NCBI GenBank assembly: GCA_964234715.1
Contig: OZ174278.1
Length of the DNA: 64,000 nucleotides
Reading direction: 5' to 3' (one strand)
From: Podarcis melisellensis
Taxonomy: Eukaryota
A model generated the notes under the pieces. It was not told the DNA's origin and did no database searches. It saw only the letters and a list, made by a program, of their open reading frames with translations. The number at the start of each line of letters is the position of its first letter. The stretch's first letter is position 1. This document shows, piece by piece, positions 12,173-23,773 of this stretch. Both the position numbers and the translations under genes were made by a program.

Positions 12173-13457
12173 CATTATAGAAAAGAAGTGGCTGCCGAAT
12201 CTCCAGTTTTCAAGGAGATACCTTCTTTTTATGGTGCTAAGGAGGTCTGAGTGGCTTGACCCGCTCAATAAAAAACCCCACACGGGGGGGGGGGCTGCCC
12301 AGCCTCAGAGATTCTTATTTAGTTAGATGGGGAGAAGGGACAATTTCCGCCCTCCCTTCCCCACAGGTGGGCGGGGTTTGCGGCACTGAGTGGGGCTCAT
12401 CTGGGCGGGTGCCACCCACCTGCTTGGCCAGGGAGGACAATGGATGGCCAGCTAGGGGGTGGGCCTAAGGCCAAAAAAAAGAGGCTGACCCCCTTGTCCA
12501 AGCCTCTTTCACTGTTCTTCCTTCCAGGAAGCATGTTTCTATAGACCTGATAAGGTGATAATGACAGAGTGCTCAAGAGTAATAGGCCGCCTTAACCAAG
12601 ATTAAATCTTTTGTGTGTGTTTTCTTGAAATCTTTTGACTATTGCAAGTTGATAGGCAAAGACCAATAACTTAAGAGCTCTTGGCTCACAGACATGCTAA
12701 TGTAATGTCCTCTGGGCTGTCAGGTTTGGTGGTAATTGATAAAACATTCAAATGGAAGAACTCCAAAAGGCGACCTCCATCTTGTATCTTAGTACAGTAA
12801 TTTAAAAGCAACAATTATCAACATTATGCACAGAAATGTTTAGTGAATCAAAAAGAAAAAGAGGAAGGACTTAATAATTAGAAAAAGATGTCGCCATTAG
12901 AGGACATGGGTAGAAGGATAAAAGGTTGAAGAAGGTGATTTGCCTGCGTATCACTAAGAATGAGTAAAATTAAGCAATGTTGTACACTAAATTATAAAGT
13001 GTGTGTACAAATTACTTGCACTTTTGACCAGTTTGATATTTAAAAAGATATTTAGAAGTATAAGTAAGATATAAACAGAACTAAAAAGTAGGATCTTTCA
13101 ACTGTTCAGTAAAACTGCAAGAGATCCTATTCCTATAACAATTATAGCCACAAACAGTTTCCTAATGGAAAAAGAGTTAGGCACATAACAAAGAGAATTT
13201 ACACAGAAAATTAAAGTGTACAAGGTAGGGTGAGGGGAGGAATATATCAGAAATTCTTAGCAAAATGTTATTGTCCAGTATAGTTTCTCATATATCAGAA
13301 CATGAATTGTGAGTGGCTAGCCACCTGGACCTCCCACAAAACTAGGCTATATTGATTCCAGTAGGATTAAAATGTGGATAGATATGCAGCCTAAATTTGC
13401 AAAAGGAGGACACAGCATTTTTTGAGGAACCAAATTTTATGCAGTAGAATGCAATCA

Positions 13458-13850
<393 letters not shown>

Positions 13851-14630
13851 TTACTTTAACATGCTGGGAATACCCTTCTCATTGGGCTATTAAGGAGTAA
13901 CAAAAGCAAGAAGGGAAGAAACTACACAGCTCTTCTCCCCGTTGAAGAAGTCAAAACTTAGAAAAACAAAACAAGCCACTAGCCCCCAAAGGCAGATTCG
14001 GAGAACCCAAACAGCTCCGCATCTCAACCCATTTATTTATAAGCAAGTCTCAGGAGCAGAATGAATATGCAAATAACATACTTAAGACTGTGATGTAGGG
14101 TGTTCACATACAACAAGTAACTTTCCAAACTAACAGAAGGGTGTCTTGGCGATGCCAACATTTTACAGCTGCTATTGTAACCCTGAATATTTCCTCTATG
14201 GCAGAATGGAACGTTGGTAGCCGCTGAAAGTATAATCAAAAGCCTTCCTCTTCTTTCAGATCCTGAAGAAAACAGGTCAGCTTCTGCTTTTGTTCGACTA
14301 AACCTCTTTGCAGCATCCTGTATATTAACTACTGAAATCTTAATTCCTTCCAAATAATGTTAGAGCTGTTCTATACATTAACTTATCTGTGCCTCAACTG
14401 CTCCCTGGGGTCACAGGTTTCACCCCAGTGCCACAATGTGTACAAACACCATGAAGACATGGAGCAGCCACAGCCATCATGTTGTGAGTTTCCCTGCCTC
14501 TGCTCCATGCCAATGGCAGCCACTAGCATGAACAAAGAAACACAACATCATGATGCTGGACTACACAGGGTATGGTCTGTGCACATTGCAGTGCCAGATG
14601 GAAATTTGCCATGAGGTAAGGTAAGGAGTA

Positions 14631-14973
14631 AAGGTAAAGGGCCCCCTGACCATTAGGTCCAGTCGTGGATGACTCTGGGGTTGCGGCGCTCATCTCTCTT
14701 TATTGGCTGAGGGAGCCGGCATACAGCTTCCGGGTCATGTGGCCAGCATGACTAAGCTGCTTCTGGCGAACCAGAGCAGTGTACGGAAACGCTGTTTACC
14801 TTCCCGTCAGAGCGGTACCTATTTATCTACTTGCACTTTGATGAGCTTTCAAACTGCTAGGTGGGCAGGAGCAGGGACCGAGCAACGGGAGTTCACCCTG
14901 TCGCGAGGATTCAAAGCGTCTACCTTCTGATTGGCAAGCCCTAGGCTCTGTGGTTTAGACCACAGCGCCACCA
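14631..14973 (-). mobile_element. Near full-length Sauria SINE
   Basis: Reverse complement of the 30932 copy; 17-bp TSD aggtaaggtaaggagta at 14614-14630 and 14974-14990. Confidence 0.93.
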
Positions 14974-16214
14974 AGGTAAGGTAAGGAGTAGACTAGTCTA
15001 AATACTGTGGCCTTTGTCTACATTTTTATCACTGATTTGAGATGCCTTTATGGAAACAAGAACAACCAAGATAATTGATTGGGAGTGTGTGCGTGTGTCT
15101 CACATACACACTCCTTACATTTTCATAGGAATGTAGGGTTGGGAGGGATCCCAAGGGTCATCTAGCCCAACCCCAGGATTTATATCTTTCCTTTCTTGCA
15201 CCATGGAACCCAAGGTAGTGCTTTGGCAGTAGTGATAACACAATCAAGCTCACAGGAATTTTCCCAAGCTCTTGACAGTCATGGAAACATTTCATTAGTT
15301 CTTTTATTTCATAAAACGTGTGAAAAAAATGACTGTAAGGGGCGGGGGGAACCAAAGCGGTTTTGCAAAAATGAGACTGTGATCCTTCAGTCACCTGGAA
15401 CAAAGGCCTGGGGTAGCAGATCCTGTTCTATTGGCCCTCAGTAGGTGACAAAGTGCTACAAATGCTGTCAATTTAGCAGGACCCTTCACAAGTTCAGTTA
15501 ACCATTTTGTTCTCAAGTAAAGGCAGAGAGAAGAAAAGAGAATAAAGAGCATTGTGATGCCTATTTTATTACAGCATAAGCTTCCACGGACTAGAGTCCA
15601 CTTTGTGAAATGCAGGAAGCCCATTTCCCCAGCGCCACAGACTTATCCTTGCAGTTCCAAATCTGCCGGAAAGCCCACAGTAATCTGCACTCTTCACATA
15701 CCTGACCTGAGGAGTTGGTAGCTAGGATACAGCATGAAGCTGTTTGTGTAGCAGGCCTTTGCTAACCAGGTTAAAGTGGATCGCAGGAATCTAATGAACT
15801 GGCTGTCCAAGCTAAAGAAAGAAGTCCAGTCATATGACTTTTAGGATTACTAAGTGCTTCAGCCACATACTATGAACAAGGTCTGTCTTGTCAAAATGGG
15901 GAAGACTTAAAAGGCTCTCCCAGATAGTGTTCCCTGCCCACCCCACCCCACCCCAACGCCAGCCATGATGGAATCTGTCAGTCTGGTACCCAGGCTTTTC
16001 TCTGCTGGTCCAAACAGCAGGCTGGGACTAACAGCACCGACATGAGCAATATAATTCAATTAAAAAATAAAAATCTGGGAAAAGTTGTTTCATACATTTC
16101 CTTCCATTTCTGGCTTGCAGAAACAGTACCAAATCATCTGTGAGTGGGCAGTTTGTTAGTACAAACAACTGCCACTTGTTTAATTTTAAACTGAACTAAA
16201 AAAGGGTGCTTTTA

Positions 16215-16420
16215 AACATATGAAACTGCCTTGTAATGAATCAGGCCATTGGTCCAGCTAGCTTGCATCATCTACTCTGGCTGGCAGAGACTCTGCAACA
16301 GAGCTAAGCTCGACAACTAGCTCTTTCTCAGCCTTGCAGCCCCAAATCCATTGCCTGGAAATCCCAGGGACTGACTAGAGTTGTGAGAGCTCATGCATGC
16401 AAGCATTTCACAGCGGCCAC
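16215..16420 (-). mobile_element. Diverged copy of the same tRNA-derived SINE family
   Basis: actgccttgtaatgaatcaggccattggtccagctagc... matches the 11979 copy. Confidence 0.55.
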
Positions 16421-17129
16421 ACAATGTCACTGGCATCTAATTGCTCAGCCCTTATTTTTCTCCATTTAAGCTGGATTTATCCCTTCTGCAGAAAATTCAT
16501 TAAGGTTGCAAATGATCCATTTGAGATTGCAAGACCTTATCTAGATGCTCCCTGGGCCTCTTCCTGTGCCCAATCTATGCATTGTGCCACACTGAGCTGT
16601 GGACCATCCAGAGTTTTGGCTTTCAAACAAAAAACATTAGCACAGAAAACTCAGGACTAATTCAGAGTTTTAAATCTACAGACAATAAGCATTTGCCTAT
16701 ATTTAAGTGACACGTACGTCAGAAATTGTCAGGGCTAGTTGTCATTCCCCCAACCCCACCCCATAAACCCCCAGCACATGCCTTTGTTTAACTCCCATTC
16801 ATTCAATCTGCACGAAGATCCCTGAAGGAGGGCACCCATTCTGCATACACTCAGCCTCTTGCCACAGAACTAGAGAAGTTCCCAGTGGATTTCATCCAGT
16901 GTCATTAACCATGAGATGTAACAATGTAGAGTTTTATGGTTAATTAATTAAATGCCTCATTAACTCTTTAAACATGATTTATTCAATTCATAGAAATCTC
17001 AGCCTTCTCTGTCGAATTCCACAACATGTGGCTGATAGCACATGACTAGTTTGGATCTGAAATTGGGAATCCTGGAAAAAACACATTGCAGAAGCTTGTG
17101 TAGAACAATTAAGATTGATGAATATAAAT

Positions 17130-17275
17130 ATGGGTGTGGCCAGGATTTATTTTAGAGGGGCAGGCTTTATGTTTGGGGGGGCGGGCAGAACAGAATTTTC
17201 TGTGATGCAATTGGCCGGCTAGTTAAGTATTTCTATTTATTTACCTGGTTTATTTACTCCCTTGGCTATGCCCAT
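17130..17275. mobile_element. MITE-like element
   Basis: Imperfect TIRs atgggtgtggccagg / cttggctatgcccat. Confidence 0.45.
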
Positions 17276-17641
17276 TAATTCCCCATTGTGATGCCCTCAG
17301 GCACCATGATGCCCACTTGGTGACCACCATTGCACCCGACTCTCCTCATTTTTTCCATTAAAAAAAACAGCCTTCTTCATTACCATTGGTGATGCTAAAC
17401 TGACTGGAAAGCCACCCTACCCTGGCTCTTTTACCTCCCTTTCCACTAGGAAAGCCTCTGGGTCCCAAATGGTGGCACTTTGCCAGAATTTTTTTTGTTT
17501 CTTGGTGTGTGTTTCACCTGATTTTTGTGTTTGTATGTTGGGGTTATCTGCTTTTTGGAGGGGGCTCTGTGTGTTTGTGGTACGGACTCATTGTTAAAAC
17601 CGTGTTTATGGAAGACAATATTACTCAGCTATGAGTGATCG

Positions 17642-17643
<2 letters not shown>

Positions 17644-17688
<45 letters not shown>
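17644..17688. repeat. (AG)n microsatellite
   Basis: Direct reading. Confidence 0.95.
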
Positions 17689-17691
<3 letters not shown>

Positions 17692-18323
17692 GATTTTTCT
17701 TTTGCTTGGATGCAGATTGCCTTGCCTGGTTTTGCCGTTGGATTGTGAGCATTTTGCTTGGGAGTGGGAGAGCTCAGCTTTTTGTGTTTTATTTGTTTTA
17801 GGAAGTATGTGGGTTATTTGTCGGGTTTTGGTGTATCACCAGCTTTTCTTCTGCAACACGTGTATTTTGTCATCACGTGGCAGTTTCTAACATTTTCCAA
17901 ATGTGCCCCTGAGCCCAAAAGGGTTGGAAACCCCAATATAGAGAATTTAAAACTGCATTCACCATGACACCTACTGGCCAGTTCTAGCCCATATGCCATT
18001 TTAATGCAACCGTGTGTTGTTATTTATAAGATGCATAGTTATTTATAAAGTCATCTCAGTTTCCACCAACCAAAGCACAGAATTATTTTCAATGCTTCCA
18101 TGACAGCTAGAAAGTGATGCATTCTAGCCTAGTAGAAATGGGAATCCTATTTAATGTGTGTGTCTGCGTGTGAGAGGGGTGTGTGCACGTCTCATTTGCT
18201 GCTTTAGTACGTGTGGCAGGCTGCCTCTCTAGATCCATGTTCCATGAGTACGGATCCACAGAGCATTCTGTGCATCATCCTCCGTCCAAGCCAGCAAAGG
18301 AAATCACTGAAAGAATAATGTGC

Positions 18324-18410
18324 CTAAAGTCTCTTTACAACGCAACAGCCAGCCCTGTCATAGTGATTTACATCACAGACCTTGTTTTCCAAACAATGCA
18401 GAACCACTTC
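18324..18410 (-). pseudogene. Degenerate tandem duplicate of BCOR exon 11 ([28 protein letters not shown])
   Basis: 59/69 nt identical to the 5' end of exon 11; intact polypyrimidine/CAG acceptor at 18412-18411; in-frame TAG at 18326-18324. Confidence 0.85.
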
Positions 18411-20819
18411 CTGGAGAAAGGCAGGAAGGGTGGAGAAAAGAAACTGTTTGTTGCTATGGAGATATCTTTAACACCAGAGGTTATCACTTAAAGAAAACAG
18501 GAGGGAGGGGCACAATTCATCTGGGAAATGTTTCAATTGGGGAGGGGGAAGAGAAGAGGAATGTTCCAGGGGGAGTCCTTCTATAAAGCAGTCAGATAAG
18601 AAGGGCATTTGGAAACGCAAGGCCTATGAGCAAATATCCCTCACAGCCAAAGTATCATGGCAGCCAACAGACTTTCCTAGGCTGAGGCCTGCAATGCATT
18701 CTACCAGCAAAACCCCATTCCTCTGGGGAAACCATGAAGAAAACCTCGGATTTCCTGTCTACAACCCTATCCACAATGCACACACACCCCTCACCACTGC
18801 TCCCAAATTCACTGACTTTTCTAGCATGTTCCTGTACAATAACAGAGGGAAAATGTTGAGAGCACACACTTGGGTGAGAAATTTTATTTTTTAAAAAACA
18901 AAAAAACAACTAGAAAAGTCATATAAAAACCACCACAAAAAACAAGTTATTTTAACATCCCTCAAGATAATATATTCCCTGTCAATTTATATTTAAGAGA
19001 TGAAGAAAACAAGTTTGTCAACAAACAAATCTCAAAACTTTGTTGTATTGTGGGTCTGAGACACTTTTCTGGCTGTCTTACGGACTACAGCATTTTAGCT
19101 GATTATGCCTATCACATGAGAGAGGTAATTTGAAAGGTTGCCAGCTGCACACCAGTGCAGGGCCAATCTAGTCCTGACAACAGTTGTGCATGTTGTAAAC
19201 ACGTAAACTGTCCAAATCACAGAGAGAGAAAAGAGTGTGCATGCCTGACTTTAAAGCAATGTACAGGTGTTGAGTACAGACTTTCCCTCACCTATGGCTT
19301 ATCTGCCATTAACCTCTGCCTACACATCTGCAAGGTGATGGGCGGGAGGCGGGGGAGAGAGTGTTAATTTATTACTCCAAAGAAATAAATAAAACATAGC
19401 TAGCATCAAACTAGATCTGTTGACTGAGTAGTGGCAATGAGCCCTGGGTAGATATGGCCTCTGGGAAAATTGGGCGCCAGGTCTATTTCTCTGTTGTTTT
19501 TCAATTTATACATCTGACTTTCTTCTAGGCAACATCTTTCCACTCAATGCTGAAACCTGCAATTCTTTACCTGCTCCTTTCACACACCTCTAGCCCTTAA
19601 TGAATGGCACTGCTGCTATAATCAATTTCACAACCCTCCCTGCCAGCTGCATCTCTCTCTAAAAAAATAAACCGCACACACCAGGATAGCACTGGACAAC
19701 ATTTGAGGGTTGACGTGCACTACACAAAACCCCTACAAAATAAGTGCAACAACACTTTATTCCCCAATCACAGCTACACATGAATCCTGAATAAACACAT
19801 TGTTTTCTATAGGGCAGCAACCCCTTCTCCACCAGGGAAGACCAGAATAAAAGGTGGAAAAGTGAAAAGCAAGCGAAGGTGTTTCTTCTCTAGAGTTTCC
19901 ACAATCGGGCTGCACATTTTGCTTCACAGCTTGGGTTCTAAAAGTGCCATAAACTTTCTTTTTCTTTTTTTCCTTAATGAAAGTTGGTGATCTGGGCATT
20001 ACGGTGCATCTCTTGCCCGCCCCAGCCCCACAGCCAAGCTCTGAAACACAACCAAGCAAAAAGCTTCTGGAGAGAAGGTCCAGCAATAGGTACATAGTGG
20101 AGTCGGCACCCAACCTACTACACTCACATTGCTACTAAAATCTTCCTCCTACAGAGTGTTTCAATACACAAAACTGAGCTGAAACAATCACATCTCGTTT
20201 GGCCCTGAGCAGACATGATGAAGGAAAAGGAGACATGTAACTGATATCTGCAAGTCAAGACACAGAGAGTACCACCTAGGAATGCCTCTCCCTTTCCCTG
20301 TCAAACTGTGCATTCAGTACAGCTGTTTCAGGAGGAGTTTTAATCTGGTATTTGCCGCTGTTTACTCTGGAAAGGGCCTTCAGCACTGTCCTTATTTGTT
20401 TTCCTTGAAGCCTCGTGGAATACAGTTTGAATTAATTAAGCTATGGGACACCTCGTCAAAGTCAGAGGCAAGATTCCCAGTGGCATGTGGTAGCTATAAA
20501 AGCAGAACGTTTCCAAGGGCGTCTCATGTAAAATGTTGTTACATATATAAATAAGGTGGCGCTGAACTCTTGTTGTTCGTGCTCAATGTGGCTGAAGAAC
20601 AGAGGTTCAGAACTGTCTCCACTACTAACACCAATAGATCCTACAGAGACAATTGGGTCCTGCAACAAAATGCTGCAGCATGGGAGTGCTCCTAGTCAGC
20701 CAACCATTCCTTTTCTATTCTGTTCCTACACACCCCATTGGCACTCAGCAGACACAACTAACATACATAAAAACAGCTCCAGATCCATCACACCCTGCTA
20801 AAATTAAGATCCCAAGGCC

Positions 20820-21090
20820 TAGGTGAATAAGAATGGCTCTGCCTGGTACCTAGAAACAGGCACTGGTGTGCCTCCCTGGAGAGAGCACTCCACTTACAGG
20901 GGAGAGGGGCCACCATTGAAAAGGCTCCTTCTCCTGTTGCCACCCTCCACACCTCCTACAGGAGGTCACACAGAGTAGGGTCTGGGTTGCTTCATGCGGG
21001 GAGAAGAGGCCCTTGAGGAACTGGGGTGCTGAGCCACATAGGTCAAAACCAGCACACACCACCCTCTGAAAACAACCATCCAAGTCAGAT
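20820..21090 (-). mobile_element. L2-like LINE 3' fragment
   Basis: On the - strand: gtgctggttttgacctat...ggctcagcaccccag...gagccttttcaatggtggg, typical of an L2 3' region. Similar remnants at about 3950-4330 (+) and 4830-5260 (-). Confidence 0.55.
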
Positions 21091-22823
21091 TGGTAGTGGT
21101 GCTACCTAACCCCAGCTCAGACAGTCATTCCAGAAGCATAGAATGACCAATGGTGTCAAAAGCCCTTGAGAAATAAATTAGCGGCAACAGGAACATACTC
21201 TTCTGACTCTCTCCTAACAGGGTCACCCAAAGCAAGCCTACATCCCAACTGAAATGGAACTAAAAGATTGGTTTCACCCAGGATACCCAAGATCTGTCCT
21301 GCAACCCCACAAGAACCTTGCCCAAGAAGGAAACATTAGTGACTGACCAATTTCTATTTAGATTTTCTGAATCCACAGAGTGTTTCTTAAGGAGTGGTCT
21401 TAACACTATCGCCTTTTGACAGGTGGGGGGGGCCCACCCCCTCTTGCAAGGAGGCTTTAATCACCTCTCTGATGTGGTCAACCCTGCTGTTTTAAAAAAC
21501 CATGAGCATCAAGGGAGAAGAGCAGAAGTAGTTGCCCAAACCAAGTCAAGCACCTTGTCCATGTCCATAAGTCTTGCTAACTGAAACTCATCCCAACACA
21601 ACAAGACTAGAAAGTGCTCCATGATGCGGTGGAGAATGAAATTGTCTGTTGTGGCTTTAATCACTGGACTTTTCCCATATACAAGATGCCACATTGCCCT
21701 ACCACACAAGAAGTTAAATATATCACCACTACCTGTATTTCAGTTGCCACATTGCTATCTAGCCCCTCAACACAGGCTTCAACATACTGAACTGATTCTC
21801 TTCTCTTTTTCATCAAGGAAAAGGGGTACAGCAAATTGACTGCTTCTTGATTAAGGATCAGAACAGGTAAAGTTCTGATTGACTTGTGCTTGACTAAGCT
21901 CTATAACCACCACTGGAAGCAAGTCATTCCCATCATCCCTGGGGTTTATGGGAGCTGGAGTCCAGGAACATATGGAGGGCACCGGTTCCCCAGTCCACAC
22001 CCCTGCTTTTGAAGATCTCACATTTTATTGCTACAGGTAGAAGTAAACAAAACCTTTCCATAAAACAAAATTAACAGAAGGATTCATCAGGACCCATCCC
22101 CCGCCCTCTTTCTCTCTCTCTCTCTATATATAGCATTTTAAGGATGGCAGCACTCTTACAAGCAATGTCTAAAAATGTAGAAAGGAAAATAAACCCAAAG
22201 ACATAGGCACCTATAGAGCTGCTTTGCTAATAAGTCTGATCTCCAAACTATTTGTACATATGACTATTTTCACCTGAAGTCTGTAAGTCCCAGTGATTTA
22301 CCAGCTCTAAATGCCAGTTTGTTTTTCAAATATGGGAATGCATCACAAAATATATATTCATAACATTAAAATGCGAAGTTCAAAAGCAGCCCTGAAATGA
22401 AGCGTGTCCACACTCTCATGCTGCCAAAGCTGTGCTGGTAATTAACCTTCCTGAAATGTAGCATATATGTTAACTTTGGCTGTGTATCGGGGTATCTATC
22501 CCCATCCCCCACTACTTACTCACGATCCCCATCCTGCAAAGCACATCAAGAACTGACTTCTTATTGAAAATGACTGGCGCCTATTCAGGCTCAGGGTTAT
22601 TAACTTACAGGGGTTTATATTGTTTCTTTCCTAGCCCTGCTCACAAAATATACTAATTGCACGCTTGAATAAAGAAACAGAACAGAGAGCCTGGAGATAT
22701 TTCGACATGTTGAGAAGGAACACAAAGAGAGACTCCAACCACGTGCACAGTTAGAATTATGTGTGACACCAAGCATCTTCCACATTGTAATTCAGAGTAG
22801 TGAACTTCAGAAACAATGCTTGC

Positions 22824-22961
22824 CTCGTATCCCAGTCGGGCTGCCCTTTGCAGAAGAGTTTCTCCAGCGTTCTTATTGACAATAAGCCTTCGGGCTTCTG
22901 GCGGCATGGGACGACTTGGGGGAGTCTCCTGAGGGGCACTTGCAATCTGCAGCTGTGAGGG
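22824..22961 (-). CDS. BCOR: BCOR exon 10, frame-preserving form (138 nt; [46 protein letters not shown]), start of ankyrin repeats
   Basis: ORF 22653..23048 frame. Internal acceptor ttgcctgtctcttcag|CCC is phase 0; donor is GAG|gcaagc (GC). The 5' boundary is inferred. Confidence 0.8.
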
Positions 22962-23098
22962 CTGAAGAGACAGGCAATAATGAGGGACTCTGCTGCTGCA
23001 GGCGATTGTACAATGCCTGCTCATGTGATGTGACTGGCGAAGAGTCACAGTCTGAAGGAGCCTCTGGTCGCTTCCAGATTCTCCTCATTAACTATGAC
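22962..23098 (-). pseudogene. Frameshifted, apparently intronised 5' part of ancestral BCOR exon 10 (VIV / [17 protein letters not shown]...LLPVS)
   Basis: Homology to human [20 protein letters not shown]...LLPASQ is split across three reading frames. The old acceptor ttttgacag|GTC reads into TGA at 23047-23045. Confidence 0.7.
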
Positions 23099-23444
23099 CT
23101 GTCAAAATCATTACTGGATTCCACACCCCACCCATCCATCCTTAATAATTCATTGAAAATCCATTTTCCTTTCTCTCTCTTTTTAAAAGTGTAGTAGTGT
23201 TGGCTTCTAGATTTATACCATCTAAAAGTTTTAAGATCAAAATCCTGAAAGAATCTGAGGAACCCTCACAGATTTGTCCTGGAGTAAAGTGGATTGAGCA
23301 CTGCAGAACAATACAATGTGTTTTAAAGTAAACAGAAAGGGCTTGGAAGGGCCACTACATAAGACAACAAGCTAAGCGTTTAAAGTGGCTGATATTAGCC
23401 AAACCTGAAATATTAGCGGGACAACTGGGTTGGAATAAAGATAC

Positions 23445-23773
23445 CTTCTCCTCAGCACTTTCGAGATCAGTGACATCATCTCCTGTCAGGGATGACCTCC
23501 TTCTCCTCTCCTGCAGTGCCAAATGTTTTGTTTTACACTGACGTTTCCCTGGTGGCTTCTCACAGTCGCCATGTTTCTGCAGCAGGGATGCAGCTTGGAA
23601 ATCTTCTTCCTCGTCTGTGCACAGCACATCTGTCTTCCAGTTTTCTTTCATTTTCTGCTGCTTGGCAGCCAACCTTGAAACTGGAGTACAGCTTGGCTGG
23701 GCTTGCCTTTTGCTGTTTATATTGGTAGATGAAAGGGTCTTCATATGCGGAGATGCTGGGAATGGAGGGATAC
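23445..23773 (-). CDS. BCOR: BCOR exon 9 (329 nt; [11 protein letters not shown]...DLESAEEK)
   Basis: Acceptor ccccatttag|GT, donor GAGAAG|gtatct; phase 1 to 0; ORF 23355..23858. Confidence 0.93.
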
